DNA from: Selaginella moellendorffii
Lineage: Eukaryota > Plantae > Lycopodiophyta
Length of the DNA stretch: 64,000 nucleotides
NCBI RefSeq assembly: GCF_000143415.4
Contig: NW_003314300.1
Location: 228,908-292,907 of the forward strand
Reading direction: 5' to 3'
Part shown: in pieces, positions 1 through 11,409 of the stretch
Numbering within the stretch: the first letter of the stretch is position 1
Layout of the letters: each line of letters opens with the position of its first letter
Notes under the pieces: generated by a model
The model's input: only the letters and a program-made list of their open reading frames with translations
Database searches by the model: none
What the model was told of the DNA's origin: nothing
Program-made: the position numbers and the translations under genes

Positions 1-343
1 TAAAAGGGGAAGGGACTGTATTCATTTATAACTTAGAAACTCAAATAGTGTTATGGAAAGCTATCTAGTAAAAGTTGTAGAATATTGTCAAGTATCTAGA
101 GACTAAACTTAAATATTGCGACGTTTTAAGAAAGGATTACCATAATTCAAATAACCAACAGCCCAACCAATTGCTCAGATCTAAATGACTAAGATAAAGC
201 ATACAGATTTTCAGTTGGTGGCACTCAAATTTTATATTAATTTTTCAGAAAGAGTAGTTTCGTAATATGGTTTAGCGTGGCAAACAAAAGAAACATTTTG
301 AAAAGATGCATGGGAATATACTCTCGCATTTGGAGATAGGGTT

Positions 344-856
344 ATGGCGGCCTCCTCTTTCGTTTGCTCGCCTTCCAGCGTCTTCGCTAGGCCTCCTCCC
401 ACTACCGCTAGCGCTGGAGGTCTGTGCTCGGCTTTCAGGGGCCTCAGCTTGGCCAGGCACCATTCTTTCACTCCAATCAAGCAGCAGCAGAGCATTTCTC
501 GCGTCGCTACCACGGTCAGCAAGCTCAAGACTCACAAGGTCCGTGTCGAATCTCTCTCTTGTTTAGAGAAGCGCTTGAGAAACGCTGCTTTGATTGCTTC
601 TCTAGGCCTCAGCAAAGCGTTTCAAGGTGACTGGAGGCGGCATTTTGATGCGCAGGAGGGCTGGCAAGCAGCATCTCTTGGTGAAGAAGAATTCCAAGCG
701 TAGAAAGCGCCTCTCGAAACTGGTTCGCTACGAAAAACTTCGCTCTCTTCTCGATTGAGACGCTCATGCCATCTTCCTTCTCTCCAGGTTCCGGTGAAAA
801 GGAGCGACTACACAGGCATCGTACGAGCCTGCCCCTACATGAAAGTAAAGAGGTGA
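344..856 (+). CDS. RPL35: Plastid 50S ribosomal protein L35 (nuclear-encoded, with transit peptide); exons 344-538, 606-722, 788-856 (possible 4th exon 916-1018)
   Basis: Splicing GT-AG introns 539-605 and 723-787 gives ...KLKTHK|ASAKRFKVTGGGILMRRRAGKQHLLVKKNSKRRKRLSKL|VPVKRSDY...PYMKVKR*, the bL35 signature. The N-terminus is Ser/Thr/Arg-rich like a transit peptide. Confidence 0.92.
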
Positions 857-988
857 GAGCTCCCAAAAATCGTTTTTTTCTCGAGCATCTGGAGACCATT
901 CCTTCCTTTTTCCAGGAGAAACCTCTTGCGCTCGGCAAGGAGAGCTCTTACTCCGGCAGTAGCAGCACCATCGCCACCACCACCACCA

Positions 989-3166
989 TCAAGCGATCAA
1001 GACACGCCGTCGGCTTAGCCTCCGTAAGCTATTCTCCTGAAAGATGTTTGCCAGGAGCACGTAACCAGCCGAGTCCTTTGGACTCAAATCCATCACACTC
1101 TTGGCCGCCAGTGTCCCATGGTTGAGTTGCTTGAAGCTGCTGCAAGCTCCAAGCAGCGATCTCCACTCCAGAACATCCGGCTCAAAAGGCATGCTGATGA
1201 TCAGATCCCTCGCGTCTTGCACGTATCCCCCGCGGCTCAACAGGTCCACCATGCACGAGAAGTGCTGCTTCGCGGGCTTGAGACCATAATCCTGGCTCAT
1301 CGACACAAAGCAGCACCTCCCAGCGTAAACTCTTCCAAAGTGAGCGCAAGCCAAGAGATGGACGATGAAGCACACCGGATCCGGCCTCTCCACCGTCACC
1401 ATCTCGTCCACGACACGAAAGACTTGGTCGAATCTCCCGTTCAAAGCGCTCACCACCAGCATTGCGCTCCATGCTACCGAGTCACGACTGGGCATACCAT
1501 CGAACATCCTCTTGGCGACGCCGATATGCCCGTTCTGCCCATAGCCGGCTAGCACCGCCGTCCACGACACGATGTCCCACTCGGGCATCTCCCTGAGCAA
1601 AACGCTAGATTCCAAAAGATGCCCGTTTTGGGCATATGCTGCCGCCATGGAACTCCAAGCCACTGTGTCCCTCTCGGGCATGGTGTCAAAGACACACTTT
1701 GCTTCCTCTACATGGCCTGCCCGAGCATACGCCGATAAGAGAGCCGACCATGAAACAATATCCTGCTCGGGCAGAGCATCAAAGCTTTCCTTTGCGTGTG
1801 CGAGATCCCCAGAAGCAGTATATGCAGCAAGCATGGCAGTCCCACTGATGGAGTCGTGCTCGGCCATGGCATCAAACACCAACTTTGCCTCGTCAAATCT
1901 AGACGCCGACGAGAAGAGCTTGAGCATCTCGGTGGCCTGGATCAAGCTCCAATGCGGCATCTCCTGGAGCAAAACTTTTGCCTCATCGACGTCTTGAGCA
2001 TGGATCAAGCCTGCCAGCATCGTGTCGCTCGATTTGGAGTCTCTCTGTGGCATGTCCTCGAAGACCCTCTTGGCATCGTCGATCCGGCCGTGCCAAGCGT
2101 AGAGCCCGATCATCACGTTGGACGAGACGGCATCCCACTGGGGCAAGGATTTCACAAACATAAGCTCCGCTTCGTCCGCGAAGCCATTCGCAGCAAACGA
2201 GGAAAGCATTGCTGTGTTTGCCACCATGTCTCTCTCTGGAAGCCCATCAAAGAGAGCCTTGGCCTCGGCAACACGACCGCTGTGAGCATAGACTCCCAGC
2301 ATTGCTGTTGACGATACCAGATTTCGAACTGGCATTTCAGCGAAGAGTTCTTGAGCTTCCTCCACGAAACCATGCTCGGCATAAGCACCCAGCATTACAT
2401 TCCAAGAGACTGGGCATCGGAGTGGGATCTCATGAAACAGCTTTGCCGCTTCAACAAGATGCCCGTTTTGGGCATATGCAGAAAGGAGTGTGTTCCAGCA
2501 GACGAGATTGCGTTCCGGCATGTTATCAAACAAATATTTTGCTTGATCTGCATTACCATTTTGCGCTAGAGCTGCAAGCATTGTGCTCCAGGTGATCAAG
2601 TTTCTCTGAGGCATGATACTGAAGATTTTCTTCGCGATAGGTATATGCCCATTCTGGGCATATGCAGCCATCATCGCATTCCAGGCTATAAGATCTAGCT
2701 TGGGCATTTGATCAAAAATTCTTCTAGCTTCTTTAAGTCGCCCGTGTTCCGCGTACGCCACCAAGAGAGAAGTCCATGACACCAAATTCCTCGTTTCCAT
2801 GGCATCAAACACTCGTTTAGCCTCGTCCAGATGCCCGGATTGGGCATATGCTGATACCATGACAGTCCACGAGAAAAGTAGCCTCTCCGGCATGGCATCA
2901 AAAATCCCCCGCGCGTTCTCGAGCTGCCGGTCCCGGGCATAGGCGGCCAACATGAGCTCCCAGGTGAAAGAGTTCCTGGCGTCCATGGCGTTGAAGATCT
3001 TGCGTGCCCGCTGCGGGCATCCACACCGCCCATACATCTCAATGAGCTTGTTGGAGAAGAACACGTCCCCGGGCGTGTGCAAGTGCTGGATTCGTATATG
3101 AATATCTTTCGCCCGGGTGAGGCTGTGGCAGGATTGCATGAGTCGAATGCCCTCCTCCCGCTCCAT
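989..3166 (-). CDS. PLS-class PPR protein (mostly 31-aa SS-like repeats) with E domain, no DYW
   Basis: 725-aa intronless ORF with tandem 'VSWxAML.AYAQNGH..EA..LF..MP.R' repeats and a C-terminal 'HFSCMVDLLSR...MPFEPD..W.SLLGAC' S2/E region. Confidence 0.93.
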   Translation of the reverse strand: MEREEGIRLMQSCHSLTRAKDIHIRIQHLHTPGDVFFSNKLIEMYGRCGCPQRARKIFNAMDARNSFTWELMLAAYARDRQLENARGIFDAMPERLLFSWTVMVSAYAQSGHLDEAKRVFDAMETRNLVSWTSLLVAYAEHGRLKEARRIFDQMPKLDLIAWNAMMAAYAQNGHIPIAKKIFSIMPQRNLITWSTMLAALAQNGNADQAKYLFDNMPERNLVCWNTLLSAYAQNGHLVEAAKLFHEIPLRCPVSWNVMLGAYAEHGFVEEAQELFAEMPVRNLVSSTAMLGVYAHSGRVAEAKALFDGLPERDMVANTAMLSSFAANGFADEAELMFVKSLPQWDAVSSNVMIGLYAWHGRIDDAKRVFEDMPQRDSKSSDTMLAGLIHAQDVDEAKVLLQEMPHWSLIQATEMLKLFSSASRFDEAKLVFDAMAEHDSISGTAMLAAYTASGDLAHAKESFDALPEQDIVSWSALLSAYARAGHVEEAKCVFDTMPERDTVAWSSMAAAYAQNGHLLESSVLLREMPEWDIVSWTAVLAGYGQNGHIGVAKRMFDGMPSRDSVAWSAMLVVSALNGRFDQVFRVVDEMVTVERPDPVCFIVHLLACAHFGRVYAGRCCFVSMSQDYGLKPAKQHFSCMVDLLSRGGYVQDARDLIISMPFEPDVLEWRSLLGACSSFKQLNHGTLAAKSVMDLSPKDSAGYVLLANIFQENSLRRLSRRRVLIA

Positions 3167-3424
3167 CGCTTCATGGTCTGCGTGAATCCAAGGCTTGCCT
3201 CACGAAAAACGATGGGAATCCTGGAAGAAATACAGCGCCAGTTTTGCAGCTCTTGCGGCTGGCGTTTGCGAAGCGTACAAGCATTCGCGTGGAGACAGCC
3301 CTAGTCAACGCGTTTGAATAGAGAGGATATTCGTAGAATCTAAAGGATAGCCTATATACAACAAAACAAAGAAAATTTAAGATTTGATTAAATATAATTA
3401 TTAGGACATTAAAAAAATTAAAAC

Positions 3425-3598
3425 TGTGAGGGCCAAGTGTACGGCTACGATGCCGTATACTAATATTAGCGTAGTGGATTTTGGTAGCCGTCGGATTGGT
3501 TTCAATCCGGACCACTCGCTCCTGTATATAAGCTAGGGTTTTTGGGTTAATTGATATGCACATTTCTGTATTCCCTTTCCATATTCCATGCACTCACA
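3425..3598 (+). repeat. 5' LTR of outer gypsy element
   Basis: Direct repeat of 15724-15897, TG...CA ends, internal TATATAA. Confidence 0.95.
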
Positions 3599-3831
3599 TT
3601 GGTCGAGTTGAGGGGCACCTTTGATTGTCCCTGGGGAGTGCTTGGATTTGGGATTTCAGTTTAGATCTAGCTTTTGCATTGTCTAGATCTAGCTTTTTCC
3701 ATTTCCTTTCTTTTGTTCTTTCCTTTCAGGATTTTGGTTTAGATTTAGCTTTTTGCATTGTCTAGATCTACCATTTCTTTCTAGCTTTTTGTCATTTCTC
3801 TTCTTTTGCTCTTTCTTTCTCATTTATTTTC

Positions 3832-4764
3832 ATGGCCGATCCGCAATCTCCTCCTTTGACTCTAGAGCAGCAGTTGGTTCAATTGCTTGATGCTATGCGC
3901 CTGCAATTGAACAACCAAACTCAGTTGATGGCGGCGTTCACGGCACATGGTACAACTCCTCCTGCTTTTGGTGCCAATCCTCGCGTTCGGCCGGAGTTCT
4001 TTCGTGGGAATCCTGAGGATGATGTGTACCATTGGTTCGATCACTTCACGGTGATTGCCACATATCATTCTTGGGATGATGCTCGGCGTTTGCGTGAGTT
4101 CCCCACATGTCTTCAAGGGACGGCATTGCAGTGGTACAATGGATTGAGCGTAGCTACTCGTGGCGATTGGAGTGTTCTTCCGGACGTCTTCAAACGCGCC
4201 TTCGGACACGCCGACGATTGTGATGATGCCTTCCAACAATTGCATCGTCTTCGCCAAGGACCATCTGAGTCGGTGATGCAATTTGGCGTTCGTTTCCGAA
4301 GTCTTTTGCTTCGTGCGGAGCCAAATATGTCGGAGCGGATCAAGCTAGGAATGCTGTGGCCAGCACTTCGTCAAGATCTTGTCGGACTTGTGCATGCACT
4401 TGCTCCTGCCACTCTTGACGATGCTCTTCGCTTGGCACAACGTTATGAGACGTCGCCTCTTCCACTTCTTGCTACACGTCCTTCAGCTCCACTTCCTATG
4501 AGTGATGGTCCTGTTCCCATGGAGGTTGATGCTGCTGCTACTCGAGTCCAAGGACAAGGGCGAGGACGTGGTCGTGGCCGTGACATTCGTTGCTGGGCGT
4601 GTGATGAAGTTGGTCATACTTATCGGCGTTGTCGGCGCTTTCCGGATTGGCAACCTCCATTTCCTGGGTGGAGACCTTGGCGTCAGCAATGTCCTGTTGG
4701 TGCTGCTGTGGTGGAAGGTTTGGATACCGAGGTGCATTCGGGAAACGAGGAGTCGCGCGAGTAA
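3832..4764 (+). CDS. gag: Gag of outer gypsy element
   Basis: Retrotransposon gag motifs (F.G.P..DV..W, L.G.A..WY, L.QG..ESV), VPMEVD, and CCHC knuckle CWACDEVGHTYRRC. Confidence 0.9.
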   Translation: MADPQSPPLTLEQQLVQLLDAMRLQLNNQTQLMAAFTAHGTTPPAFGANPRVRPEFFRGNPEDDVYHWFDHFTVIATYHSWDDARRLREFPTCLQGTALQWYNGLSVATRGDWSVLPDVFKRAFGHADDCDDAFQQLHRLRQGPSESVMQFGVRFRSLLLRAEPNMSERIKLGMLWPALRQDLVGLVHALAPATLDDALRLAQRYETSPLPLLATRPSAPLPMSDGPVPMEVDAAATRVQGQGRGRGRGRDIRCWACDEVGHTYRRCRRFPDWQPPFPGWRPWRQQCPVGAAVVEGLDTEVHSGNEESRE

Positions 4765-4803
4765 TGGAGGGACCTTGCGCGAATAAGTTAGTGACCCCTC
4801 CAT
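4740..4803 (+). promoter_or_regulatory. Programmed -1 ribosomal frameshift signal (G GGA AAC + H-type pseudoknot)
   Basis: Heptamer 4740-4746 is in the gag frame and pol is in the -1 frame. Stem 1 pairs 4753-4761 with 4774-4782; stem 2 pairs 4764-4771 with 4796-4803. Confidence 0.85.
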
Positions 4804-5465
4804 CTTTCTTTCGGGAGTATCATCAAGGGGTTCACTCGGCACCGGTTCATCCAGTGTTTACTTTCCAAGCTCGTTTTTATAACAAGAGGTCTCCTATTCT
4901 TCTCTCCGTGTTGGTTAATACAGGTTCGAGTTTATCTTCTATTGCTCGACCTGTTGCCACACGTTGTCGTCTACACTTGCGTCGTGCGGCGGATCCAGTT
5001 TTCATTCTTTATGGCAACAACCGTACACATGCATGTGCACGAGATGAGGCGGACCTGGTTGTGCGTGTGGGCGATCTCGAGCTTGAGTTGCAGTCGTTGC
5101 GGGTGGTGCCGAGTCAAGCTTTTGACCTCATTCTTGGTATGGATTGGTTGCAGCACAATCATGCCAAGTGTGACTTTGAGGCTTTTCCCCCTTGTCTCAT
5201 ACTTCCTTATGTTTCATCCATTCCTCTCACTTCTGTACCTCTTCGTCCCTCTACTTCTACCTCTGCTTCCATTACTTTTGTTCCCCCATTATTTCCTCTT
5301 GTGTTTCCATCTTGTTCTGCTCTTCCCTTTTCCGATCCCTCCGATGATCTTTGTGTTGCAGCTGTTGATCAGCTCATGAAGGAGTATTCTGATCTCTTTG
5401 AATTTGACCTATCGTCTGGGGCCAAGATTGCCACACGTCATCCCATTCCCACCGGGGATGCTCGT

Positions 5466-6577
5466 TGTAAGGAACCGACTCCCCGAGATGTCGTAGGCTA
5501 AAGGATCCCCAAAAGCTTGACCGAAGTGACAAAGAGTTCATCGGATGGGACCAAGTCGAGGATAGAGTCCGGAATCGAGTCCGAGACCGACTCGGGGACC
5601 GAGTTCGAGTCCGAGTTCGAGACCGAGTTCGAGACGGAGTCCGAGATCCGAAATCGGGTCCAAGACCGAGTCCGAGGTCGAGTCCGAGGTCGGGTCCGAG
5701 ATCGGGTCCGAGATCGAGTCCGTGATCGAGTCCGAACCCGAATCCGAAGTCGGATCCGAAATCGGGTCCGAGATCGAGCCAGAGACTAAGTCCAAATACT
5801 AATACGGGTCAAGGGGTGAAAGCCCAAAGCGTGCGTCTCCCAGGGGGGGGGGGCTGCAGGGGGTTCCAAAAGTATAGTAGGGATAGTGAGGTCCAGGAAC
5901 CAGTTTTGAAGGGACTCTCCAGTTGGGCTTCCAAACCGACTTGAGGTTGGGACTGGGACCGAGGGGCCTTGGGTGGGAGTGAGCATGGACTTGGCTGGTG
6001 CCGGAGGGGCCATCCAAGGAAGTGCTCAAGAGCAGCTCTCACTCCCGAAAGGGAAACCGATTGCGGTGCTCCCGGCTCATGTGGAGTGGTGCCCCACTTG
6101 AGTACCATGCGGCTCATTGGTCCTCGCCCTTCCTAGGGGCTTGGGCCTTCCTTCGGGATGGAAGTGGGGGGCGAGAGGTACCCATACCGGGCCGCTAGGC
6201 CACGGTGTTTCACCCCGGCGTCCCGAAGCAAGTGTTGCACTCAAGACTTGGGATTTAGAGGGTCCCATGATCAAGTCTTGTGGTACCAAGGGATGTTAGG
6301 AATCTGGAAGCTTGGTGTGCTTGGCTGCTTGTGCTTGCGGGGAGTGTAGCCGAACCTTAAGTCCAGTCTAACCCAGGGAGGGGGATTGGGAGTGATTTGG
6401 GTATCCATGGAAGGATGGCTAACACTCCGTTGCTCGTGCAGTGAGTAGCTGAAACCAAGTAGGAGCTGGTACCATAGGCGAGAACCTTGGCGAGGGAACT
6501 TAGCAAAAGCCAAGGCAGTGTTGGACGGATAGGCGAGGTAAGCTGGCAAAGTGGAAAGGAAAAATTTGTGGCTTACA
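5466..6577 (+). repeat. 5' LTR of nested chromovirus (1112 bp), includes a CGAGTC-type hexamer array at about 5555-5788
   Basis: Direct repeat of 11813-12925 with about 8 transitions and one G-run length difference. Confidence 0.96.
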
Positions 6578-6636
6578 ATTTGGTATCGGAGCCTTCTCCT
6601 CAGTTCTAGCGAAGGATAGAGGCGGATTGCTGGGAG

Positions 6637-9600
6637 ATGGCAAGGGTAGGGCGTAAGCGAACCCAGGCGGAGACAGAACCTCCGCCAGAGCTGGAGCCTC
6701 CGGTCGAACAAGAGGCTATGGATGAGGAATCCTTGCATGAGGAGGACTCTAGTGAGGAAACTTCCAAACAGGAGTCCGGTGGCGAGGTTCGGTCGTCCAA
6801 GGCTCGATTGGACGTTCTAGAAGGTCAATTGGCGCAGACCAATGCCCTGCTGGAGACTCTCGTACGCAAGCTAAAGCGTGACGAGAAACGGAAGAAAAGG
6901 CGAAAGACTGCGGATGCTGGCAGCGCAGAAGGTGCGGACCCTTCGGCAGGGATTGAGGCAAAACCAGACAAGGTCGAACAGACCGAAGTGGAATCAGTCC
7001 CTCAGGCAGTTCCCAAGTACAAACCAAAGCCCCCACCGGTGTTCAAGGGAGTGAACGACTATAAGGTTGTGGAGGATTGGTTTTACGATATGGAGGACTA
7101 CTTCCGAGCGTTACGGTTACCGAGCTCGGAGAAGGTCCCATGTGCAAAACCATACTTGGCAGATAATGCCAAGTCTTGGTGGAGAACAACGGAGGCCAAC
7201 GAAGGACCGGTGGCCACCTGGGACATGATGAAGGCGAGGATCCGCGCGACATACGTTCCTCTGAATGCCACTCTGCATCTGAGAGATGAGCTGAGTAGGC
7301 TGAAGCAGACTGGAACCATCCAGGAATATGTGAATGGGTTCATGGCAAAGAGGATACTTGTCACGGACATGGGGGATATGGATGCGTTCCATGCCTTTAT
7401 ATCAGGTTTGCAAACCTGGGCTCGCGGTGAGGTGATGCGCTGGAACCCGACCAACTACAAGGAAGCATTGGATGCGGCCATCAAGGTGCATTTCAATGAT
7501 AACCTGCGAAAGGGGAACACGACGGGGTTGGGATCCACGTTTCACAAAGGGGCCAAACCGAGGGGAACATATAGCAGGGGGAAATTCAAGAAGAGTTTCT
7601 CTAAGAATGAGTCCTCGGGATTTCGGAAAGGCAAATCCGGTGGCCAGCGAGCAAGTACGTGGGGGAGTCAAGCGAAAAGAGACAAACCCACGGATAAGAA
7701 GGTCAAGTCATATAGCAGCGTGGGAAACAACGTATGCTATAACTGCGGTGAAGCGGGACACTTTTCGAGGGAATGTCCCTACCCGAAGAAGGCCAGAGCC
7801 AATATGGCCATCAAGTCGGGCGAAGTCCAAAATGAGGTATGTGATCCAGTCCCTAACTCAAAGTTACTCATTACACGAGCAACTTTGGTAGAGAGTCGTT
7901 CGCGACATCTACTAGCCCTCCGAGGGAAGCTCGGAGGTAGCTTTGTTAAGATCCTTATTGACACGGGTGCTTCGGATAATTTTGTGGCTGCAGACATAGT
8001 CCGGCAAGCCGGACTAACGGTGCAGCGGCTAGGCGAACCAAGGACTATAGAGTTTGTTCAAGGTAGCCAAAGCACCGATGAGGTACTTCGACAAGCGAAA
8101 GTCGAAGTAGGGACATGGAAGGTAGACATGGATTTCACCGTGTTGGACATGGCGGGATTTGACGTGATCTTCGGAATGGATTGGTTCAATCGGTTCGTGG
8201 TAGCCCTACATGGACAAGGTAGGAACCTTGTGGTACTGGCGAATGCCCAAGGAAGAAGATCTAGGGTGGAAGCCCAGGATCTAAAGGTAGGGCAAAGCAA
8301 GGCCAAAGAATCCTGCTTAAACCTGGTGTCCACGAGAGGACAACTCACTAAAGGAACTAAGGCAGCCTTTTTGTGCTTACTCTCGGTGAAGAGTGACAAA
8401 AAGACAAGAACGGAAGAAGTGCCTTTAGTGATCCAGCGGGTGTTGGACCAATTCCAGGATACCATGCCGGAGGAGCTACCGGCGGGGCTGCCCCCAGCAC
8501 GACCGATAGAACATAAGATTGAGCTGGTCGAGGGTGCTGAGGCAGTGGTTCGTCCCCCTTATCGTTTGAACGAAAAAGAACTCAAGGAGCTCAAGTGCCA
8601 ACTAGAGGAGTTGGTGGACAAAGGGTATGTTAGGTTGAGCAAGTCGCCGTATGGGGCGCCGGTGTTATTTGTGAAAAAGAAAGATGGATCTATGCGCATG
8701 TGCATAGACTACCGCTTGCTCAACAAGTATACAAAGAAGAACAAGTACCCTTTGCCAAGGATTGAGGACCTGTTCGATAGGTTGGGAAAGGCAAAATACT
8801 TCTCGAGGATTGACCTAAGGTCAGGATACTACCAGATCAGGGTAGCCGAGGAAGATGTCGAGAAGACAACCTGTCGAACGAGGTATGGGAGCTTTGAGTT
8901 TCTGGTGATGCCCTTCGGGCTATGTAATGCGCCGGCAACGTTTTCGGCGCTAATGAACCACGTCTTTGTACCCTATCTGGATCACTTCGTGGTCGTCTAT
9001 ATCGACGACATCCTGATCTATAGCGAGACGCTAGAAGAGCATGCCGAACACTTGGCGAAGGTGTTTGAGAAACTAAGGGAACACAAGCTGTATGCTAAAG
9101 AGAGCAAATGTGACTTTGCTCAACAAGAGGTAAAGTTTCTCGGGCACGTGGTGGGCCAGGACGGGCTCAAGGTGGACCCGGAGAAGGTCCAAGCGATCCA
9201 GGAATGGGAGCGACCATCGAATGTACATGAGTTGAGGGCGTTCCTGGGGCTATGCAACTACTATCGAAAGTTTATCAGACACTATTCGAGAGTAGCCCTG
9301 CCCTTAACGGACCAAACAGGAAAAGGGAAGATGGTATGGACAGCAGAATGCGAGGCGGCATTCGTCCACCTCAAAGGGAAGTTGAGGAAGGCTCCCGTAT
9401 TGGCATTGCCAGACTTTGGTAAGGACTTTGAGGTAGAAACGGATGCTTCGGACTTTGCGTTGGGCGCAGTTCTGAAGCAAGACAACCATCCGGTAGCGTT
9501 CTTCTCGAAGAAGCTGGACAAGGCTCAACGGAAGTGGCCTGCCCATGAGAAGGAATTGTTTGCGGTGGTCAAGGCACTCAAGGAGTGGCGACACTACCTT

Positions 9601-11409
9601 GGGAGACACTTCAAGGTTTACACGGACAATGTGGCAACGAAACACTTCTTGTCACAGCCCGACCTAAGAGGGAAACAAGGTCGGTGGGCCAATGCCTTGG
9701 CCGAGTTTGATTGCGAAATTCTGTACAAGCCTGGGAAGAGCAACATCGTGGCGGATGCGCTAAGTCGAAAAGCGAGCTTGAAGTTGGCAATATCCAGTGC
9801 AACAGCAACCTTCTGGGACGATGTGCGGACAGCATATGAGAACAATGGTCTAGCACAAGAAGTGTTGCTGAGGAATCTAGAGGCGCGGGAAGCTCACCAG
9901 AGAGGTGAGCTGCCAACGGAAGAGAAAACGGGCTATGCGGAACGCAACGGACTCATTTATTACAAGCAAACGAGGGTGTATGTTCCAGAAGGGGAACTAA
10001 GGAAGGTGGCCTTAGAAGAGTGTCATGACGGACCTCTTGCGGGACACGGCGGAGTGCCCAAGACGATGGGCTTACTCAAGAGGAAGTACCATTGGCCAGA
10101 TATGGCTAAGGACGTCCAAGACTATGTAAAGACATGTCCAACATGTCAACAGGTCAAAGCCGTGACTAAGGCTAGTGGGGGCTTGTTGCAAAGCATCCCA
10201 ATTCCAGATCGCCCGTGGAAATGTCTTACGATGGACTTCATCACGGGACTACCCCCAAGCGAGGGGTTCGATGCGATATTCGTGGTGGTGGACCGATTTT
10301 CAAAGATGGCACATTTCATACCCACCACAACGGACGTGGATGCGGAAGGTGTGGCGAAGCTGTTCTTTGAACAAGTGGTTCGAGTGCGGGGAAGGCCGGA
10401 AGTGATTATCTCAGATCGAGATAAGATCTTCACTAGTAGGTTTTGGAGGACACTCCTAGAACAGTATCGCACCAAATTGAAATTCAGCACAGCCTATCAC
10501 CCACAGACAGGTAATGGGTATTAAGTCAAGATTGATGGCACTAACACTTCTTGACAGACGGACAAACGGAAAGGGTGAATAGGCAGCTGGAGGATTATTT
10601 GCGATGCTATGTCTCGGGAGACCAGACCGACTGGGTAAGTCATTTGGGACTTGCGGAAATGTGTTATAACAACTCACCACACTCAAGCATCGGGGTGAGT
10701 CCATGGGAAGTCATCAATGGGCGAGCTATTGAAGGTCCTGTGGAACTCGGCGTGGCCGAGTATCATGGAGAGTTACCCGCAGTGGAGGCATTCACGGCGG
10801 AAAGACTCAACATTTGGAATCTAGTGAGGGATTCCTTGGAACGGGCTCAACAAAGGCAAACTAAGTACGCGAACCAAAAGCGTCGGGATGTGGAGTTCCA
10901 AGCTGGGGAGAAGGTGTGGCTGAACACCAAGAACCTCAGACTACCAAGCTGGATCAGCCGAAAGTTGACCCAAAGGTAAAGACACATGTATTCCTGTAAA
11001 TGAATTGATCTTGAGTTCCTTAAGCAGGTTCGCGGGGCCTTATGAAATTGAGGCACGAATCGGTAAAGTGGCTTACCGACTCCGACTTCCTCGAGAGATG
11101 GGGAAGATGCACCCAGTGTTCCACGTGAACTTACTCAAGCCGTACTTTGAGGATCCGCTTCGCAAGGACCAAGTGAGACCTTTACCTGAGGTTATCCAAG
11201 GGGAAGAGGAATACGAAGTCGAGGCCATCCTCAATGCGCGCAAGAGCAAGCGACAAGGACGCGAGGTGAGAGAGTTCCATGTGAAGTGGAAAGGATTTCC
11301 ACACTGCGAAGCAACATGGGAACCGGAGGAGAACCTAGCGAACGCACGAGATCTAGTGGAGGAATTTCTGCAAGGCAGAACTTTATGTACTTATGCAAAA
11401 TTCAATTAA
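6637..11409 (+). CDS. gag-pol: Gag-Pol polyprotein of chromovirus, spliced: 6637-10510, 10558-10975, 11028-11409 (1557 aa)
   Basis: [53 protein letters not shown]. Splicing restores HPQT|DGQTER and KLTQR|FAGPY. C-terminal chromodomain EYEVEAIL...VKWKGF...TWEPEENL. Confidence 0.88.

Noticed and set aside
5555-5788. CRISPR-like periodicity
   Set aside because: The units are contiguous 6-mers with no unique spacers, inside a eukaryotic LTR.
5517-5795. ESE/RVRD-repeat ORFs in the LTRs (also 11864-12142 and 32997-33279)
   Set aside because: These are by-products of the hexamer array, which lacks stops in several frames; there is no evidence of a real protein.
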